This document shows, piece after piece, positions 61,310 to 64,000 of a stretch of DNA of 64,000 nucleotides. The position numbers and the translations under genes were made by a program. How positions within the stretch are numbered: position 1 is the stretch's first letter; each line of letters starts with the position of its first letter. The notes under the pieces were generated by a model. That model did not search any database and had not been told where the DNA came from. It saw only the letters and a program-made list of their open reading frames with translations. This DNA comes from Candidatus Electrothrix sp. GW3-4 (lineage in GTDB: Bacteria; Desulfobacterota; Desulfobulbia; Desulfobulbales; Desulfobulbaceae): NCBI RefSeq assembly GCF_037902255.1, contig NZ_CP147990.1, positions 674,751 to 738,750 of the forward strand. The letters are read 5' to 3'.

Positions 61310-62401
61310 TCAGCTCTCTTTTTCGGTCTTGGCAAGTTGTGCCAACCTGATTTGCTCTTTTTTCTGAAAGCCGTACTCAACCAGTCGCTTAATATCCCGC
61401 CACATGGTTTCACTGCCCATGATGGCGACAACAATAGTATCATCTCCCCGTTGAAATTGGCCCACATAGGTTTGCCGAGCGAGATTGGTGTAACCGGTTT
61501 TACCTGCCAGAGTGCCCTTCACCTGCCAAAGCGCCCTGTTATGATTGCGGAGGAGTTTGCCATAGGAGGTTTTGATCTTTGTCCGTTTCATGCGGTGGGC
61601 AAATTCCTTATCCTGCATAGCGTGTCGGAAAATCTGAGCGAGATCCCGGGCCGTGGATTGCTGTCCCTTGGCAGTCAATCCAGATGCTGTGCGGCAGATG
61701 GTATTTTTTGCCCCCCAGAGCCGCGCATGCAGGGTCATTAACTTGGCAAAATCGGCCTCACTGCCAGCAATTTTTTCTGCCAGAGCAACGCTGGCGTCGT
61801 TTGCTGAAGCGAGGAGGACGGCGTTGATCAGATCGTTAGCCTTGTATTTTTTCCTGGTGCTCAAGTAGACCTTGGACCTTGGCATTTTTTCCGCATGCCG
61901 ACTTATCCCGATTTTTTCGTTATCCTTTAGACGTTTTATGGCGATCATGCCGGTCAGTACCTTGATGGTGGATGCCGGTTGACGGGGATTATCCGGGGCC
62001 TTGGCAAAGATGGTCTCGCCCGTTTTCGCATCCAGGATAATAGCGCTTTTTGAGGTGATATGCCGGTTAATGCCGGTCACACGTTTCCTCTTCTTCTCTC
62101 GGGAGCGTTTGGGCGTTGTGGTGCAAGAAACCCGCGTGACTCTTTCTTTGACCGAGGAAATACTCCCTTTGCTGCCGAGAATCACGGGTACACTGGAGTC
62201 TACAGAACAAGTCGATTCAACGGCTACCTTGTCATTTACGAGAGAAGATGATATGGAAGGAAGCTGTTTTTCAGCTTGGGGAGATTTTTTGGCTGTATTA
62301 CTTAAGACGGGGACAGCGGCTTGTGCTTGCAGCTGACCGGAAGAAAAGGTAAATATGCACGGAGCCAAGAGGGTGATGAATAAAAAAGAGCATCGATTCA
62401 T
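61310..62401 (-). CDS. Serine-type D-Ala-D-Ala carboxypeptidase (low-MW PBP, DacA/DacC family).
   Basis: Signal peptide. SxxK (PASTIKV), SAND(=SxN) and KTGYT motifs. Confidence 0.8.
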   Translation of the reverse strand: MNRCSFLFITLLAPCIFTFSSGQLQAQAAVPVLSNTAKKSPQAEKQLPSISSSLVNDKVAVESTCSVDSSVPVILGSKGSISSVKERVTRVSCTTTPKRSREKKRKRVTGINRHITSKSAIILDAKTGETIFAKAPDNPRQPASTIKVLTGMIAIKRLKDNEKIGISRHAEKMPRSKVYLSTRKKYKANDLINAVLLASANDASVALAEKIAGSEADFAKLMTLHARLWGAKNTICRTASGLTAKGQQSTARDLAQIFRHAMQDKEFAHRMKRTKIKTSYGKLLRNHNRALWQVKGTLAGKTGYTNLARQTYVGQFQRGDDTIVVAIMGSETMWRDIKRLVEYGFQKKEQIRLAQLAKTEKES

Positions 62402-62683
62402 AGAAGGTATCCTTTTTATGTCTCAGGTTCGGGGGAAATTTGCGAAACAGAAGCATGAGAAGGTATGGGCTTTCGTTTGCAGAAAAGCCGCTCTGTTTTC
62501 GCATTGAAAATTACAAATTTATTATAACTGATAAAAATTGACTTTGCATCTTTTTAGGGTAAAAATATTCTTTAGATGGATTGGCGCGACGCATCATTTG
62601 TCAGCACCGTCTTTTTTGTGGTTCAATTCTTCTCTATCGCAATATTCCTTTCCCTGAACATCGGATTTTTACAACTCGAATTT

Positions 62684-64000
62684 ATGAAAAAAATATTTTT
62701 TTGGCTTTGTTTTCTCTGCATCGTCGGAGTCCTTTCTTATTTTTTGCTCCGTCCTGCTCCGCCAGAACCTGGGCAAGCTGATTATGCCGATTTTCTCTCT
62801 GAGGAGGAGACCGTGGCTGCTGTCAGTCTTTATGACCTGGAGGGGGTGTCTGAGGCATTTCCAGAAACACCCTTGGGGCGTTTCCTCTCCAAACCGGTTA
62901 TGCATGAGATGATGAAAGAGCTTGGGGCTACGGAAGAGGATTTTGGGGGATATGATGCCTTTTATGAGAGTGTTGCCGATATCATGACGAGCCCGGTCTT
63001 TCGCCAGGTCTTTGGTGATGATGTGAGCATTGCCCTCTGTTCGCCGGATCTGGAAGGGGTACAGGCCAACCCGGAGCAGGAATTGAAGAATTCCCTTTTG
63101 GCCTTTGGTACCTCAGCTTCGGCAGGGCCTATCAGCCGATTTGCCCGCATGGTGATGCGGAAGGATGTGACCAACACGAAGATAGCTGGCCTGGATATGA
63201 CCCGGATCAGGGTGGATGAGCATGAGATGCTCTACGGGTATGATGTCCAGGGGGTTATTGTGCTGGCCTATGATCCCAGGAGGATCGTCAGGGCTGTTCA
63301 GCAAAAAACAGCAGGGAACGCCCTGCGGCATTCTCCGTCATTTACTGCAACAGAGGCATTCTGGAAAGAGGAGGGCCAGGGACGTGTCTATGCGCGTTTA
63401 CATTTCAATGCGATCTTGCTGCAAGACCTTCTCCGTGCTTTTGACCAACAAAAAACAGAGGATGTGGCAGAAGGGCTGGCAGGGGTGAAGAGCATAGGGG
63501 GGCTGATTGTTGAAACCCAGGGAGAGGTTCATGCACGAATCCAAGGGGAACGTGACCCTGAGCTGCTGCCTGAGGAGGTTCGGGCGAGAGAGGCCTTATT
63601 GGGTCGTGAGGGGGGGGCTGCCTCACCCCTCTTACAAAAAAAGACCTTGTTGCATTATCGATTGGCTCAGTTTGATAAGGCGTTTTTTCGCAAATTTTTA
63701 TCCTCTGCTGAGACGGAACAGCAGTACAGCGAGCTGGAAAAGACGGTTCAGGAAGAGGTCGGTTTCTCTCTGGATAAATTTTTGGAAGCAGTAGGGCCTC
63801 AGGCCGGGATATCGGTCCATGAAATTGTCAATGCAGGCATATTTCCCCTCCCGAAAACGGTGTTGGCTCTCCAGGTTCGGAATAAAAAGGCTGTGGGCTG
63901 GGCATTGAGAAAATTACGTGATGCTCTTAAAAAACAGGGGATTGCCAATGAACATCAGGAGAAAATACATGGTCATCGTATCTATTACTGGACGCTCATG
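62684..64000 (+). CDS. Partial (3'-truncated by the window end) membrane-anchored protein of unknown function, at least 439 aa. Not in the ORF track because it has no stop in the window.
   Basis: Uninterrupted reading frame from ATG 62684 (MKKIFFWLCFLCIVGVLSYFLL…) to the last base. N-terminal TM helix. Confidence 0.55.
   Translation, partial: MKKIFFWLCFLCIVGVLSYFLLRPAPPEPGQADYADFLSEEETVAAVSLYDLEGVSEAFPETPLGRFLSKPVMHEMMKELGATEEDFGGYDAFYESVADIMTSPVFRQVFGDDVSIALCSPDLEGVQANPEQELKNSLLAFGTSASAGPISRFARMVMRKDVTNTKIAGLDMTRIRVDEHEMLYGYDVQGVIVLAYDPRRIVRAVQQKTAGNALRHSPSFTATEAFWKEEGQGRVYARLHFNAILLQDLLRAFDQQKTEDVAEGLAGVKSIGGLIVETQGEVHARIQGERDPELLPEEVRAREALLGREGGAASPLLQKKTLLHYRLAQFDKAFFRKFLSSAETEQQYSELEKTVQEEVGFSLDKFLEAVGPQAGISVHEIVNAGIFPLPKTVLALQVRNKKAVGWALRKLRDALKKQGIANEHQEKIHGHRIYYWTLM

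Overview
This looks like a chromosomal window from a deltaproteobacterial sulfate reducer (about 52% GC; DsrC-like gene, multiheme cytochrome c, sigma-54 nitrogenase-like gene, ole genes). It mixes housekeeping genes with two accessory regions. (1) 0.2-12 kb is a defense-like island built around the RNA helicase gene hrpA. It holds an NB-ARC+TPR STAND NTPase with a Q/N/G-rich N-terminal motif, a 2-gene overlapping cassette, a lone radical-SAM/SPASM-like enzyme, and an OLD-like split pair (frameshifted AAA ATPase plus DUF4276/TOPRIM-like). Each of these is bracketed by diverged partial copies of the hrpA 5' or 3' terminus. hrpA itself carries in-frame REP-like palindromes. (2) 34-46 kb is a second island: Fic, YwbE, a 3'-5' exonuclease, type I RM in the order hsdR-4HB-hsdS-[650-bp hairpin array]-hsdM, a cysteine-less DsrC/TusE-like protein and an IS110 element. 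It is punctuated by a shared short repeat family. Between and after these lie acs, a sigma-54-driven orphan NifE/D-family gene, an aminotransferase, dnaG-rpoD-dprA (DnaG C-terminus is frameshifted), tandem PilJ-N-type paralogs, oleA-oleB-dgkA, a small peptide plus flotillin/SPFH locus, oleC plus an aldo/keto reductase, an ADH/trpD deletion scar, a multiheme cytochrome with an in-frame TGA, GT2, gyrB, glgX, DUF1566 and a DD-carboxypeptidase. I found no rRNA, tRNA or CRISPR array. Domain calls rest on motifs read from the translations, not on database searches.
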